This document shows, piece by piece, positions 1 to 13,319 of a stretch of DNA of 64,000 nucleotides (its first letter is position 1; every line of letters begins with the position of its first letter). The notes beneath the pieces were generated by a model. It did no database searches, was not told where the DNA came from, and was given only the letters and a program-made list of their open reading frames with translations. The translations under genes and the position numbers were made by a program. The stretch is from Nemertoderma westbladi (Eukaryota > Animalia > Xenacoelomorpha): NCBI GenBank assembly GCA_032718475.1, contig JAUCBJ010007749.1, forward strand, positions 5,291 to 69,290, written 5' to 3'.

Positions 1-675
1 ATGGGTATTAATTAGCCCCAAGGCACTTCCACTTAGCGTGATGGTTGGTCCAAATCCAAAAATACAATTATTCATTATCTCCCAGAACAGATATTTTATT
101 CCATGTTAAGGAAAAATATGGTACAAAGCTAATCCTGCAACAACCTTAATAACACTTAAAAAGAACGTCTAGATATTCGAGTCTCCTGAATTAATTGTAA
201 CTATTATAACAAGAAGTATTCTAGAATTCTGTAAAAGTTCAATTACGGAACGCTGAAGGTGCCCGCCCGGAGACCTTAGTATTCGATTAATAGCTTATTA
301 TTAATAAATTCATCATCAAGTTAGATATTAATTTATATCCAATAAGGGCGGCGTAGCACAGTGTGAAACAGCAAACACTAACCAAACTGTCTACACAATA
401 TTATATACCCGAATAAATGGCCAAAAAACGAACTGCAGGAATAGAAGGAAGTCTGACAACCAGTTCGAGTTACACGGGTCATCTCGACGACTAGCGGCAG
501 TTGGAAGTTGGGAGGGAGAGAGGGAGGGAGGGGTTGTAAATGTTCCGTTAATCTGTACCAGTTTTTACACTATTGCTAAAAAAATGGCTTCTTATTCATA
601 CGATTTAGCAAATGAGGTAATAAATGCGACTTAATTGCAAAACATGACGTTATAACTCGGCGCCGGTACAACGTG

Positions 676-2143
676 TTAGTAACGGGGAGCGTAAAAGTTG
701 GGATCGAAAGCGGCCGGATTCCGGAAGCCGGCGTTGGCGCTCCGGAAGTACTGCTGGCTGATAAGACTGATGGGGTGGTTGTGGTTCCTAATGGGGCCGG
801 TGTAGATGCGATGGGGCGGGGGCACCGAACCCGGGAGGACCTCCCCGACGCGGGTCGACAGGACCGACGACATTCCGCCGCCGCCTTCCGACTCCGCCGA
901 CGAGTCGCTGTCCCAACCGTAGAACCGCTCCGACGGAATGATCCGAGACTTCACCTTGGCGCGCTTGTATCGTTTATTCTCCGGGGCGTCGCTGTCCGTG
1001 TCTGAGTAGCGCGGGGAGCACTGCACCGCGACGGCGGGGCCACGGGACCGGATCCGAGATCGCAGATCCGATGTGTCCGTAACCGAGTCCGTCACCGTCG
1101 GAGGAACCCGCACCCTCCGCTGGTCCTCCAGTATCTGTCTCTGCGTCTCCTCCAACTCCTTCACCGATTGCTCCACAAGTTCCCGCTGTTTTATCGCGCG
1201 AATCCGGTCGAGTAATTCCTCCATCAACCGAACCGATTGCTTCTTCCGCTGCTCCACTCCTCTCTCCCTCTGCATTCTCGCGAACTTCTCCTGCGCTGCC
1301 ATTTCCGCCTCCTGCCGCCGTCGTTCCAACAACTTCATCTTCCGTTTCTCTTCCCGCGACTGACGGCGACTTTCCCGCAACAACATCTTCTCTTTCTTCT
1401 GCAACTTCTTTAAATGTTTCTCAGATTTTTTCTTGAGTTTATCGATCCGAACATTGGCCATCTCGTCGTCTCTCTCCAACTGAACCTTCTCGATCTTCGC
1501 GAACTCCAACTCTTCCAACTTCTTTCTCTCCAACAACCGCTTCCGGATGTTCTTCTCGCTGAGATGCTGCGATTTATCGAAATCAACCTTAATATACGCA
1601 GAGAAATACTTGAGCTCCTCGTCTTTAAACACCAACTTCATGCACTTAAAGTGGTCCATAGCGCGAACGAAACTGATGTACTCCTTGTACTGAATGTAGC
1701 AGTCGAAGGTGACGGAAGTACCCGAACCCAAGTTAGTGAACTTATTGAAACCCATCGCTTTGTTGATATCCTCGCGGTATTCGTCGAGTATCGGGATATC
1801 GAGTTCGCGAATCTCTCCGAATTGCGCGAACACTTTCCGTATTCGGTCTTCGCGCGGTTTCGCGTTGGCGTCCAGAATCTGGCGGTCCTTGGAGGAGGCG
1901 AACCACTTACACGGGACGCTCTGCAGACTTATAGTGTCCGGGCGCTCACCCGCTCGGGCCTCGTTCAGATGCTTCGCGTCTCGGAAGAACGCGTTCCAAT
2001 CATTCACCGTCGGGTGCGGAACCTTCGCCTCGGCCGCTTTTATCCGCAGACTGTCGTCGTATCCCGTCACCTTAACAGCCCGCCCGTCCAGAATGCCGAT
2101 AACCCGGAGGATTTGCGATTTGGATTCCAGTTCGGCTTCGAAT
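676..2143 (-). CDS. AKAP17A: AKAP17A (SFRS17A/XE7)-like splicing regulator, exon 2 (terminal coding exon)
   Basis: The translation carries AKAP17A family motifs DWNAFFRDAKHLNEARAGERPDTI, VPCKWFA, FGEIRELDIPILDEYRE and KVDFDKSQHLS, followed by a charged coiled coil and an S/R-rich tail. The acceptor is TTGTTTCATTTTAG|A (AG at 2145-2144) and the stop is TAA at 678-676. Confidence 0.9.
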
Positions 2144-3086
2144 CTAAAATGAAACAATATCTTATGAGTTATGAATACAGAAAATATTCTTAATCATTTT
2201 AGATATTTATTTAAAAAGCAAGTTATTGTTCTGAAACGAGACAGGGGGGAAACTGGACACAAAACCCGCCTTGGCGAATTCATGTTCCGCTTCAAAAGGA
2301 GCAGGTTACAGTGGCACGTTATTTTAACCAAAACAATAAACTAAGCACAATAGAACAGGTTACAGTTTTATTTTGGAGAGTAATCAGCCTTTATTTGCGT
2401 CAAATTTCCCCTGTAGAGGGATGAATTTTTATTGCGTCCAGTTCCCCCCCCCCCCCCCCCCCCCGCTATCTGTCTGAAACACATAATTTTGTCCTTGAAC
2501 ATTTTAATTAATAAACATTTCAGGAAGGAAATATTGTTTTACACACTATTTTTTGAAATTAATGTTGAGACCAAATGCATATAGCGGCCGGTAGTAATAT
2601 ACGGCAATAGTAAATTAACGACTTTAATCATATTGCTATCATTGAATTATATTGGAAATTAAAATTTAAAAATAATTTTATTCTTAAATTGTTACTTTTT
2701 CGCTCAAAATTAGACCAAAATCGGGAGAAAAATTTGCACTTTTTTCCCTAGAGAAAAAAAGTAACGCATAGAATTGCATTGATTTTACTTTTTTTTCGGC
2801 GAAAAAAGTAAAACAAAATATTTTTGGTGGAATTTCTTAAATTTTATTAAATGTGTTCAAAGAGCATTGACGTAGAAAAGGTTTGCACGTAATTTGAGCA
2901 AAATCCATGCACGCACTCAAAAGTTATTGCACATTTAGTGTCTGTGTGGCGTACTCCAAAACAAACGGAACTCAAAATAAATATTCGAGAACACTAAATT
3001 ATTTAACATTGAGTGATGCAGCATCATGAGTTGAAGAGTATAGTAATTTGAATTTCAGTAACTATGGAAGCAATATAGAAAAATAC

Positions 3087-4120
3087 TATACTACTACTAC
3101 TACTAGGATCGGCATGCTGCATTGCAGCTGCATTTCTAAGAATGCTGTGCCGGCTTGCCGGCAAAATTGCGCCGCCACAACTCCCTATCACCCATGACAT
3201 TTGCTAGATCATCCGCATTGTCAAGGCCAGTGCCCTTTAAGATGCGTCTCAAGAAAGTCATGGGCTGTCCACCATGCTTAATCACTCCATGAGGCTGCCA
3301 AAGCACTGCACTGGCTGTTCCTCACGGCGAAAGCAATGTCCTGCAAAGCGGAGGCGATTTTGTTCTAGTGTCAAGCTTGGGGGAACCAATGAGACACCTC
3401 CAATATTATATAGTGTCTGGTTGAAGATGTGTGTATTGTACTTGACACAATGAAACCGGCGTAGCATTCTTGTGAATGTTCCATCCAAAGATTTGGTGGC
3501 CTCAGCAGTTGCCCAGCATGGACTCCCATAGAGAAGTACTGGAACTACTGCTGCTCTAAATAATCGTACCTTAAGTTTCCGATTAATTCTCGGTGACTTC
3601 CAAATCCTGGAGAGCCTATTCAAGGCTGCCCATGCCTTTCGCTTACGTATTCGACGGTCCTCACTTGACTTCCGGATCCATGATCCCAGGTAACAGAAGT
3701 CGCCCACATGCTCAAGCATACCATCCTTTGAGCTTATGCTCATCCGGTCAGAGTCTTGCTGAGGACTTTCAAAGTTAACTGTCAAAATTTTAGTCTTTTT
3801 GGAGTTAATAAAAAAGAGACCAACACTAGAAGCAGCCTGTTCTAATAAGCTGAGGAGCCGTTGGGATCCCTCTAGTGATTCTGAGAGTACTCCTAAGTCA
3901 TCGGCAAAGTCTAGATCAGTTAGGTACTTGGCAGGATTTCCTCGACTTCTGGAGCCAGTAGGTGGAGTTACCATCACCCCATCATCATTATGATGATCTA
4001 AGGACATGCGTAGAACATAGTCAACCTCAATTATGAACATGAACGGCGCAAGTGTGTCTCCTTGGAGGACTCCCCATAATACATCAAATGGTTCTGTGTC
4101 ACCATCAACAGTAGACACAA
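3087..4120 (-). mobile_element. 5'-truncated RTE-like non-LTR retrotransposon (RT C-terminal part plus 3' tail)
   Basis: ORF 3282-4118 has GVLQGDTLAPFMF, LTDLDFADDL, FCYLGSWI, LLYGS and RLRFAGHC. It ends in a (TAG)n tail near 3087-3106. Confidence 0.85.
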
Positions 4121-4829
4121 ATTTGTCGAACGATCGTATACTGATATTATTGCTGATATGATACTGATATGGTAGGCCTTATTCTGTAATCATAAATATC
4201 ATAGAAAAATTACACTAATTAGGCCTAATTTAATAGGTTACAGGTTTGGTAAACTAAATCAATTTATTGGGAAGGAATACTCCACCTCATTGGCGATGGT
4301 CACAGTAGAAAAGGTCAAATAGAAAATTATTGAGCTAAATGCGTTGAAAGTTTTTGTTGTTGAAATTCAATTAAATCCTTATGTTTTTCTTGTATTTTTT
4401 ATATTAATCAACCCCAGCCATTAATTTTTATATGTGCCCATGAAAAGTGCTATAAAATGTCTATAAATTGCGGGATGTCAATGAAACACTCTTAGACTGT
4501 GATCATTGTATACAGTATATGCCAATCTAAGTAGGAACAACACCACAAAAATGAGATTATTTGATATTATAGAGTTGGTACAAATTAAACTGATTCAAGG
4601 GTTCGATTTTGATGAATGAACAAACAAAAATGAGATACGATATGGATATGGCTAATGTCTGAATGTTAAATTGTGATATATATATATTCTATTCCAAACT
4701 CTGTAAAGTAAAATCTATAATTTTAGTCAATTTTTAGTTTTAGAAATATTTCTAAACAAGTTTAAAAAATTTAGAAATCACTATATTAATTTATAAATTT
4801 CACTAACATATTTAGAAAAAAAAACCCTG

Positions 4830-5035
4830 GTTCATTGTACTTGACACAGTGAATCCGGCGCAGCATTCTTGTGAATGTGCCATCCAGAGATTTGGTGTCC
4901 TCTGCAGTTAGCGCCCAGCATAGACTCCCATATAATTATAAGAGTACTGGGATGGTACTACTACTGCTCTACTGCCAAAAATAATCGAACCTTAAGGTTC
5001 CGTTTTATTCTATGGGACTTCCAGATCCTGGACCT
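4830..5035 (-). mobile_element. Short diverged second fragment of the same RTE-like family
   Basis: Near-identical to 3435-3610 (tgtacttgacaca...gcattcttgtgaatgt.ccatcca.agatttggtg). Confidence 0.7.
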
Positions 5036-5496
5036 GTGTCGGCACTCGTAGGCCTAGAGTTCGAATAAAAAATTCTTCAGCATGAATAGCGAATTTGTTT
5101 TGGGTTGCAAATGCAACCAATCCCCCCCCCCCCCCCCCCCCCCTCCATTCGCCAGTTTCATTGGACTATACATACACCATGACCCGTAATATAGTGTCAT
5201 TTTCTGATGACACGGATTTTTCTACAAATCTTTATCATAATGCTTGAAAATTGAAACACAACTAGTTAAACTCATCGTGTTGTTACCATGAAGCCGGAAT
5301 TTTCTATTTCGCCTTTAAATTTTTTTTATAAGCGTTTTAAAAAAGTGTCTTTTGCGGAATTGCACATCTCCTATCATCGCCATTCTTCAAATTCTTCACT
5401 CGCTTTATAGATATCATTAAAAAGCTTGCGTTACAAGGATTCCAAATATGTAACAATAACTGAATTTCGTTGAGAAACAGCTGAGATATAGGTGTT

Positions 5497-5724
5497 CAAA
5501 GATTCCAAGAATTATTGTTCACTGAAGGCCATTTATTCTATTAAATAAATACACAATATTCTGGAACAATTTGTTATGTATGATTAGCTACGCAGTATAG
5601 ATATTCTATAGGCATACCACTGTTGCCAACCAACTCATAAAGTAAATAACACCTTCTAGAATTTTGTGTATTTATTAAATAGAATAAATGGCCTTCAGCG
5701 AACAATAATTATTGCAATCTTTGA
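5497..5724. repeat. MITE-like hairpin with ~70-bp inverted arms
   Basis: 5497-5566 (aattattgttcactgaaggccatttattcta...) is the reverse complement of 5654-5724. Confidence 0.7.
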
Positions 5725-7201
5725 GGGGGCAATCTTTCATATTATTTGAAAGTATACTTATTAACGTAATAGCTGAATAGTAGTAATAATAACAATACTT
5801 GATCAGCATACATTGCAATTGCACTGAAATATTGCATATAATTACCCAATTAACTAAAACTGCTAATTAACTATTAATAAATTCCATGATTTATTATTAT
5901 ACAAAATGCCTCAATTCAATTCCTAAAAATATGCACTGTAACATGATAATTGCTTAATAATAATTTGACTTACTAAAAACGTACTAAAAAGATCGATTAA
6001 TTAAAAATTACTTAGGCCAATACTTATAAATTACATAATTAGCTAAAAATCTACAAAATATATTAAAAATTTAATAATTATTAATTAAATTATTAATACT
6101 TAGTATAAAACGCCCCAACAAATTATCGGTACTGTAAAGTAATTATATTGTAAAAGTTATATTATTTAAAAAGTACCGGTAAGAAATTAATTAAAAATTA
6201 TAATAATACATGTACCAAGTATGGGCCACACAATTCCAACTAAACCTATGGGAACGATGTCAATTTTACTTTCTCGTTCGCGTCATCCCACTTCCATTGC
6301 CATCGAGCAACGACAACACGTTGGGGGTGTTTCCGGACCGAGACCGTGTCTTATCCATATCCACCACTGAAAGATCGTAAATCGTTCAGGCACTTAAACT
6401 GGCATTCTTCCTCTCCTCCCCCAGTGTCGCCGGTACAATTTATCATCGCCATTTAAAATATTATTTGACTATTACAGTAGTTGATTGCCTACTTACAGTT
6501 CAGTAGGTAGGTCTAACGGTATAGTGCTGTTGTCTGGTACTGGCAGGGCAGTATTGACAGTGGTGAAATTAAGTAAAGTAATTTTCTAAAAATACAGTTT
6601 TTTTCACGTGCTGCGCGAAGGGCACATCATCCTCTACAGACGTAAAATTGACACCAAACAGACAGACATTAAATACAGGACCTGGGGTGTCTGTCTGTAG
6701 ATTTCCCGGCAAATTGAAGGAAAATTGAGGAAATGGTGCACATTTTAAAACAGACAAAAATCACCTACCTAACATGATCGTTATGCAAACTGATATGAAC
6801 CTACTGCCCCATTAGGCCCATGCTAATGCCATGCCCATATGGGGGAAATAAATTGGAATAAACTCACCACTTAAGGTTAACATTTTAACGGTGATCAAAT
6901 TTGTACCCAAAAGTGGGCACACAAACTTTACAGATTTTTCTACATTTTAAAGATAAAAAGTCTGATGTAATTTTCAATATTGACACCATTAGCATCTAAA
7001 TCGATTGTAATGGTGCACTTGGTTTGTGTTCGATTAATAAATAATGCCTGTAAGAAAATGTTAGTAAATCGTCGCTCGAACTTTCAGGCGACGATTTTGT
7101 GGTGCCTCTGAAAGATTCACAATATAGAGAAATTTAATAATATCATCACCTTATAATATATATATATTAATTCAGTAATTAGCCTAGTCAACAGATTTAG
7201 T

Positions 7202-7483
7202 AAAAAACCTTATTTAATTAATTTTTGACTATCATTTAAAGTAGGCCTATTGTAGATAAAAAATTACAGCAGTTTTAAAAAGTTGGTGCCCACGTTCGGT
7301 AATGCCCACATTCGGGTGTAGACGGTAAGTACAATTTTTTTTAAAAAACCTTATTTAGGCCTAATTAATTTTTGACTAGGCCTATCATTTAAAGTATTGT
7401 AGATAAAAAATTCCAGCAGTTTTAAAAAGTTGGTGCCCACGTTCGGTAATGCTGTAATGCCCACATTCGGGTGTAGACGGTAA
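7202..7483. repeat. Tandem duplication of a ~130-140-bp unit (2 copies)
   Basis: aaaaaaccttattta...gcccacattcgggtgtagacggtaa occurs twice. The copies differ mainly by GGCCTA insertions. Confidence 0.85.
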
Positions 7484-7706
7484 TTAAAATTTTTTTTATA
7501 TGAAGTTACACATACTGACATAGGTCAGAGAGTGCCTGTGTGAAATTAAGACCCAGTATGACAAATCGGTCCAAAAATGGCCACTGGGGAAATGTGTTTG
7601 TCACTGTGCCTCAAATGTGATTGAACCATTACGACTAATGCTGTAATGTGGAGAATGGCAATGATACTGATGGTGCGATTTTGGATTTCGCAAGACACTT
7701 TTTTAA

Positions 7707-8787
7707 CCCTGCCCCGGTAAGGTAAAAAATTATCCTTCACCGGTAACATGGGGTATTTTTATACCCCAAATTGATAAGACATTTTAAGTAACATTAAACA
7801 GAAAAACACTTGCAATCCCCCTCCCAGAATTTGCCAAATGGTGAAAAAATAAGTTGTGAATTTTTTTTTTCAATTTGGTTGAAGTCTACCCAACGCTCAA
7901 TGCCACAAAAGTTATCCCACTACAATCACGATCATCGTTAACGTCGCGATGGGGCGTTTTGCAACAAGATACTATCATAGCGAAGCATTAGCTGTGAGAG
8001 TGTTTCTCATTTTAGGTTTTTTAGTGGTGTTATGGGTCAAGTACACCCTGAAGTATACCATTGCAGTTCCAATAAGCATAAAATGAGTCAAATACCACCA
8101 CTAAAAGTCAACAAAGTGATATATATATACAGATATATCACCTCGCAATAGCACAAGATCTTGAATTGTAATATGAAATATACACCATGACTGCAAAAGT
8201 ACTGATGATTTGGTCATAAAATGTGATTATTGTCCAACTAAATTATACATTGCAGTTTCAATGAACCCAAAATGAGACCCAAAAGGCCAGAACACCTCTA
8301 AGAAAGCCTACACAATAAGAATTATTCACATATAGGCCTACCTGTATACTTAGCAATCTATCGCATCGCGATTAGGCCGAAGTCTTGGCTTGTGAAATAC
8401 AGGCCATACACAATACAGTAGCTTCATAATACTGATAATTTGGTCTTAAAAGACAAAGTTAAAACATGCCTCTAGATGTCTAGTACAACTAAATCGATAT
8501 TGTGGTTCCAATGAAACCAAAATGAGTCACAAAGCACCACTAAACGAGCACCATAACGTTATGGGGTATTTTTATACCCCATCTTACCTAACTAAGTTGT
8601 TTTCAAATTAAGGGCCCATAACATTTTTCATAAACAAAATTTTATGGATTTGACCCACACAATCGTTAGATTACAAGTTTTTTGGAAGATACTATGAAGT
8701 TGGACATACATAATATAAGAGATTGTCGAAAAATATCAAAAGTAATCCCCTTGGGGTATTATTTTACCCCACGTTACCGGGGGAGGG
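7707..8787. mobile_element. piggyBac-like non-autonomous element nested in the right TIR of the 5175-9005 element
   Basis: The ends are TTAA|CCCTGCCCCGGTAA ... TTACCGGGGGAGGG|TTTTAA. A subterminal ggggtatttttatacccc-type palindrome occurs at ~7750, 8563 and 8753. The empty site is visible in the other TIR at 5331-5350. Confidence 0.75.
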
Positions 8788-9047
8788 TTTTAAAACGCTT
8801 ATAAAAAAAATTTTAAGGCGAAATCGAAAATTCCGGCTTCATGGTAACAACCACGGTGAGTTGAACTACTGAACTAGTTGTGTTTCAAATTTCTAGCAAT
8901 ATGATAAAGATTTGTAGAAAAATTTGGCAGTTTGGGGGGGCGGCATTTCCGTGTCATCAGAAAATGACACTATATTACGGCAGTACGGGTCAGGGTCTGA
9001 TGGTGTATATAGGCTATCAATCAGACTGTAGCCTACGAAAAACGAAC

Positions 9048-9481
9048 CTAATAAATTCCAGTGTTGATTTTGTAACCTTCAGGACAATAAATACCATCGG
9101 TTTAATTGCAAGTTTAATCTTCTCCATAACTTCCCAGTTAGATATAGTTTTGCCAGGGGTTTTAGTGGGAGGTAATGTTACAGATATATACATTCGAGCA
9201 ATTGGTTTTAGGTACAATCCATAAGGTTCGTATAATTCAATGGCCTCAGAAACATCCGTACAAAGTGTTGGAGCTGTTGGCATTTTAACAGATCCTTGGA
9301 CAATGTTAGTTGACTGAAGAACCCGTGTGAGGAATGGTTGGTACGTCTTATTGGTCGCATCATCCAAGTTCCCATCTTTAAGTTCTTTATCAATGGCGCT
9401 GACAGAAGTTATAATTTCGTCGTCAATAGTATCCTCTGCCTGTAGACACAACTCGCCAGCTTCCACAGCAAGCGAAACCAT
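9048..9481 (-). CDS. AKAP17A: AKAP17A-like, exon 1
   Basis: SEAIELYEPYGLYLKPIARMYISVTLP...PGKTISNWEVMEKIK...KSTLEFIR matches the AKAP17A N-terminus. The donor AG|GTTCGT (GT at 9047-9046) joins exon 2 in phase 2 to give EFIR-FEAELE (human DFIRFEGEVE). The start is ATG 9481 or the downstream ATG 9283 (MPTAPT), which aligns with the family start. Confidence 0.88.
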
Positions 9482-11524
9482 GTTATTGATGTGGAACCAG
9501 AATAATTATATAGAGAATTATAGAAAAGTTAAGTGAATTATAGAATTGTAAAGAAGTGAGGGCCTACCGGTAGGCCCAACTGTTGGGTGGTATGAGGGAT
9601 GAGTGTATGACTGTATGAGGCAGGGTACTGACAGACTGAGGTACCGCGTACCGGTGCCGGTAGGTAAAGTACTAACGTAGCCAGGTAGCTGGTGCTGGTG
9701 CTGGACCCCTGGACCTATTTCTGTATTTTGTATTTTATTCAGCGATAGGCCTAATTCAGTAATTATAGGCCTACTGTCAGACTGTCTACCTGTCAGCCTG
9801 TCTATAGAGTTCAGCAGTTCTGTCAGTCTGTAACTGTAGTTCAGTGCTGCAGTGGGCCCCTACAGCCCTACACCTGTACACGTACACTACAAAGCAGCAA
9901 AGTAGGCCTACTGCAGTCGTTCATGTCGTTCTGTAGTTGTCTGCTGGCACAGTGGCCTGGTGGCAGGCTGGTAGAATTCCAGATTACTGTCAGAGTCAGA
10001 CCTGCAGACTCAGAGACTGTTAGTGTTAATCATGGCCTACTATATACTACGGCCTACCAGGTCACCTTGAGAGGCCTCTTGAAAAGAGGCCACTTATTTC
10101 AATATGATGTAACTGGTAAGTTGTACCCAAATTTACCACCCACCCCCTAATACCACTAAATCGACTATCGCGAATTCAATGGGTGTATTTTTAAATGTTT
10201 ATTGGCAGCCTGAAACGATGGACAACTAACTTTTTTGACATTTTCAATATGAAGACTGGTTGAAAGCCCGAGACTATTCCTCTAGTCAGACGATAATCGA
10301 CGTGTAAAAACGCGTTAATACAGTATGTGGGTCGAGTCACGAAGTCAGGCGTAGCCTGAGCACACAATTATACAAGTATACACACGAAACATCGCGAATT
10401 AAACAGCATTCATATATTGTGTTATTAATCGGAAACCTGCTATTTTTAGAAAACATTTTATTGATTGTTGTAATATTCCTCAATCTTGTAAAAAGTAAAA
10501 GTAAAAGTAAGTTCTTTTTAAAAAGTGATAATTTTTATGGAATATATCGGCTCGTCTACTGCTCGATATTAATATTATCATTATTTATTAAGAATTAATC
10601 TACCTGTCTACTGTAATTAATTTATAAATGTACTTAAGAAAAGCTAATTATAAATTATAGAAGCACATTGATAGCACATTGATAACTCATTTACGGAATT
10701 TGGATATCTGCCTTTTCTTAAAGTTTGTTCGTCACTTTTCGCCTTCTGCATGTTATTGAAATATATGTTAATAATTGTTCGATAGATCGTGACGGAGTAG
10801 TTCTTATGGTAATCACAAAATGGCGATGTACCATAAAGTTCAAGGAAATGGAGTGCCGCCCTTCTTATAGGAATACCCGATCTCAATAGAATATGATGTA
10901 CACAGTCTAATCCAGTAAGCAACCGAGGGTGGACTCTCTATAGCCGAGGGGCACTTGTATAATAACTAATAATCACGAACCCCATCCTCTTATAATATAT
11001 AACTCTGTAGTAGTCAGTAGCAGTAGTAATAATAGTAGTAGTAGTAGTAGTATAAGTAGTAAGTAATAGTAAAGGAGATCGGTTTAAACCAAAGTGATAA
11101 AGTAACATTATTATATAACATAACCATATAGACAAAGTAGAATAAGATACGGATTCATAATTATTTTATCAAACTCATGTACTACTTACTTCAATGTGCC
11201 AATTGTAATAATAATTAAACATATTATTCCGATTAATCTGCGTTTGGCCCTATAAGATATTATACTGAAGTGTTTTATATCAATATATCCATGCGAGTAA
11301 ACAAGAAGTAAAGTAAATGTTTATTATTATAGTTTTAGAAATTGAATGATATACCCAAGATAGTGAAATAGATAATATACAAGAAATTGCCATTTGATCA
11401 GATATATCAAAGCGGCGTCTTTAGTATAATACCGTAATAGTATCAATTAACTCTGTTATACAATGTAAATATACTAAATCTATTTATAAATATATTATGA
11501 GCCCTACATTGTATATTTCTCCTA

Positions 11525-12781
11525 CAGTCCCTATCTCATTCTAGATACTGTTTCTCAAACTGGGTACCTTTTCTCTTACCTCACTCTTACTAACTCAAAC
11601 CTGTCTGGTTTACTCAAACCCAACTCAAACTCGCGTAACCACCCACTATGCACTGTGTAGCATTCATACAACAAGCTGTCTGTGTTTAATGGCCCACTCG
11701 CTTCTGTTATACTCTGCCTACGGGATTGATGGTCTCCTGCTGTTATAACATTCCCTAAACTTGATTTGTTTGTGTGTAATTAACTCCAGTAGACAGTGAG
11801 AATTAAGTTGCAGACTCAGTGACTCAATTTATTTTTAAATTTCAGAATAAAAAAATTATATGCTAAAAAATTATTAAACTGAAGATTTATTAATTTTTAT
11901 TACATTTATTAAGTATGTATGACTCATAACATATTAACGTTATTTTACATTAAAATATAACCATATAATATAACCAACCAATTTTATAAATTTAGTTTAA
12001 TGTCGCGTATATTTCGCTAATGTTTCTAATGTTTAACTTTAATGTTTTACTAATGTTTAATTCTCTATTACATCGTCAACACAATTATTCGCAATACATC
12101 CGGGTGTGGGGTGGGTATACCGGGCAAAGGGGCCAGAGGAAACCTCTGTAATTATAGACAGGGCCATATTTATGGGAGGGGGGGGGGGGGGGGGGGTGTT
12201 GCGAGGTCCCATATGCACTAATAATTCTTAATTAACCATTAGATTTTTAAACTGATATGTCTTGTAAGGCACCAATTGACATCAAACAGACAGACAACAG
12301 AGCACCAATTTCCCACAACAATATTCCCAGAATTAAAACTTTCTCTACAAACAGACCGAGCCAGTGTGGTTTAGTTAACAACATACATTTAGTAAAGCCC
12401 ACAAAGGAACTGCGTGATTGACATGTCTTTTATGAGACACATGCAAGCCGGCCTGCCCAGCTTATGTAATTCAACCCATTAACTCAAGAGCCCAAGCAAC
12501 AGACAGAGGCCCCTTCCCCATGTGGTGCCTCACTCAACCAGAGTAATTATCCATCCCGTACAGGAAGAGTAATGCTGAGTATGACACAGTTGGAAGTCAA
12601 CCTAACTCAAACCATGGCGCCAGACTCTAGTTTGAGTTAGATTGAGCTGGCTGCATCTTTCTGATTTCTCAACTCTTACCCCAGTCTTACCTACTGAAAT
12701 TCTCCGTTGACTATCATTAGTAAAAGGTTTGAGAAATGATACCCAGTTTGAGAAATAATATTCAGAATGAGATAGGGACTG
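11525..12781. mobile_element. Tc1/mariner-type non-autonomous element
   Basis: The ends are TA|CAGTCCCTATCTCATTC ... GAATGAGATAGGGACTG|TA, with imperfect TIRs over ~50 bp and no transposase ORF. Confidence 0.75.
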
Positions 12782-13319
12782 TACAGGTAGACAATGTAGT
12801 ATGTTAAAACTTGATATAATTTGGTATAATGTATAACATATTACAAATAAGACTGAGGCAGCTAAACTATATTGCAAAGAAATCAAATATCCTAAAGTAA
12901 TATACTAGACCCTCCCTCCACCCTATAAATAGTGTTCACCACCTACCCCACCCACCACCCTTATTACTTCATAATAATGAAAGATAGTACTGGCGCTCCG
13001 GTCACTCCGTTCCCTCCGCTGGGGGGGTTAAGTTGTAGGTTTTGAAACTATGCAAAATCCGAGCACAGAGTTAGAAGCGCATTGGATAGGCGAACATTTC
13101 TTGCAGTGAAAGTATTTCCATACCTATTATAGTTTTCGAGATAGTCAGACATGAGTAGCTAAAATTTGAATTTTTTTCGGTAAAGTCTGATTTCACCGGT
13201 ACCTGTCATCCGAAATATGGATTGTGATATATCGTTAGATGCGAGTCCACTAACTGTACATTCACATATTTTCAAGGAAAAAATTCGATCAAGGGTTTTC
13301 GAAATATTTTCGAATTACC

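Larger units (their letters stand above)
5175..9005. mobile_element. Non-autonomous DNA transposon with ~220-bp terminal inverted repeats and TA target duplication (Tc1/mariner-type ends)
   Basis: TA|CACCATGACCCGTAATATAGTGTC at 5175 and its inverse ending ATGGTG|TA at 9005. The left arm 5175-5392 is the reverse complement of 7645-7706 plus 8788-9005. Confidence 0.65.
2144..9047 (-). other. GT-AG intron of the AKAP17A-like gene (6,904 bp), filled with transposon remnants
   Basis: Canonical GT and AG ends restore a continuous AKAP17A reading frame. Confidence 0.85.

Noticed and set aside
673-2193. Plus-strand ORFs overlapping AKAP17A exon 2
   Set aside because: They are antisense to a conserved GC-rich exon and have no recognisable motifs.
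6210-6452. GC-richer patch with a CxxC-like translation (PPTCCRCSMAM) on the minus strand
   Set aside because: It is too short and interrupted to assign to a transposase or gene.
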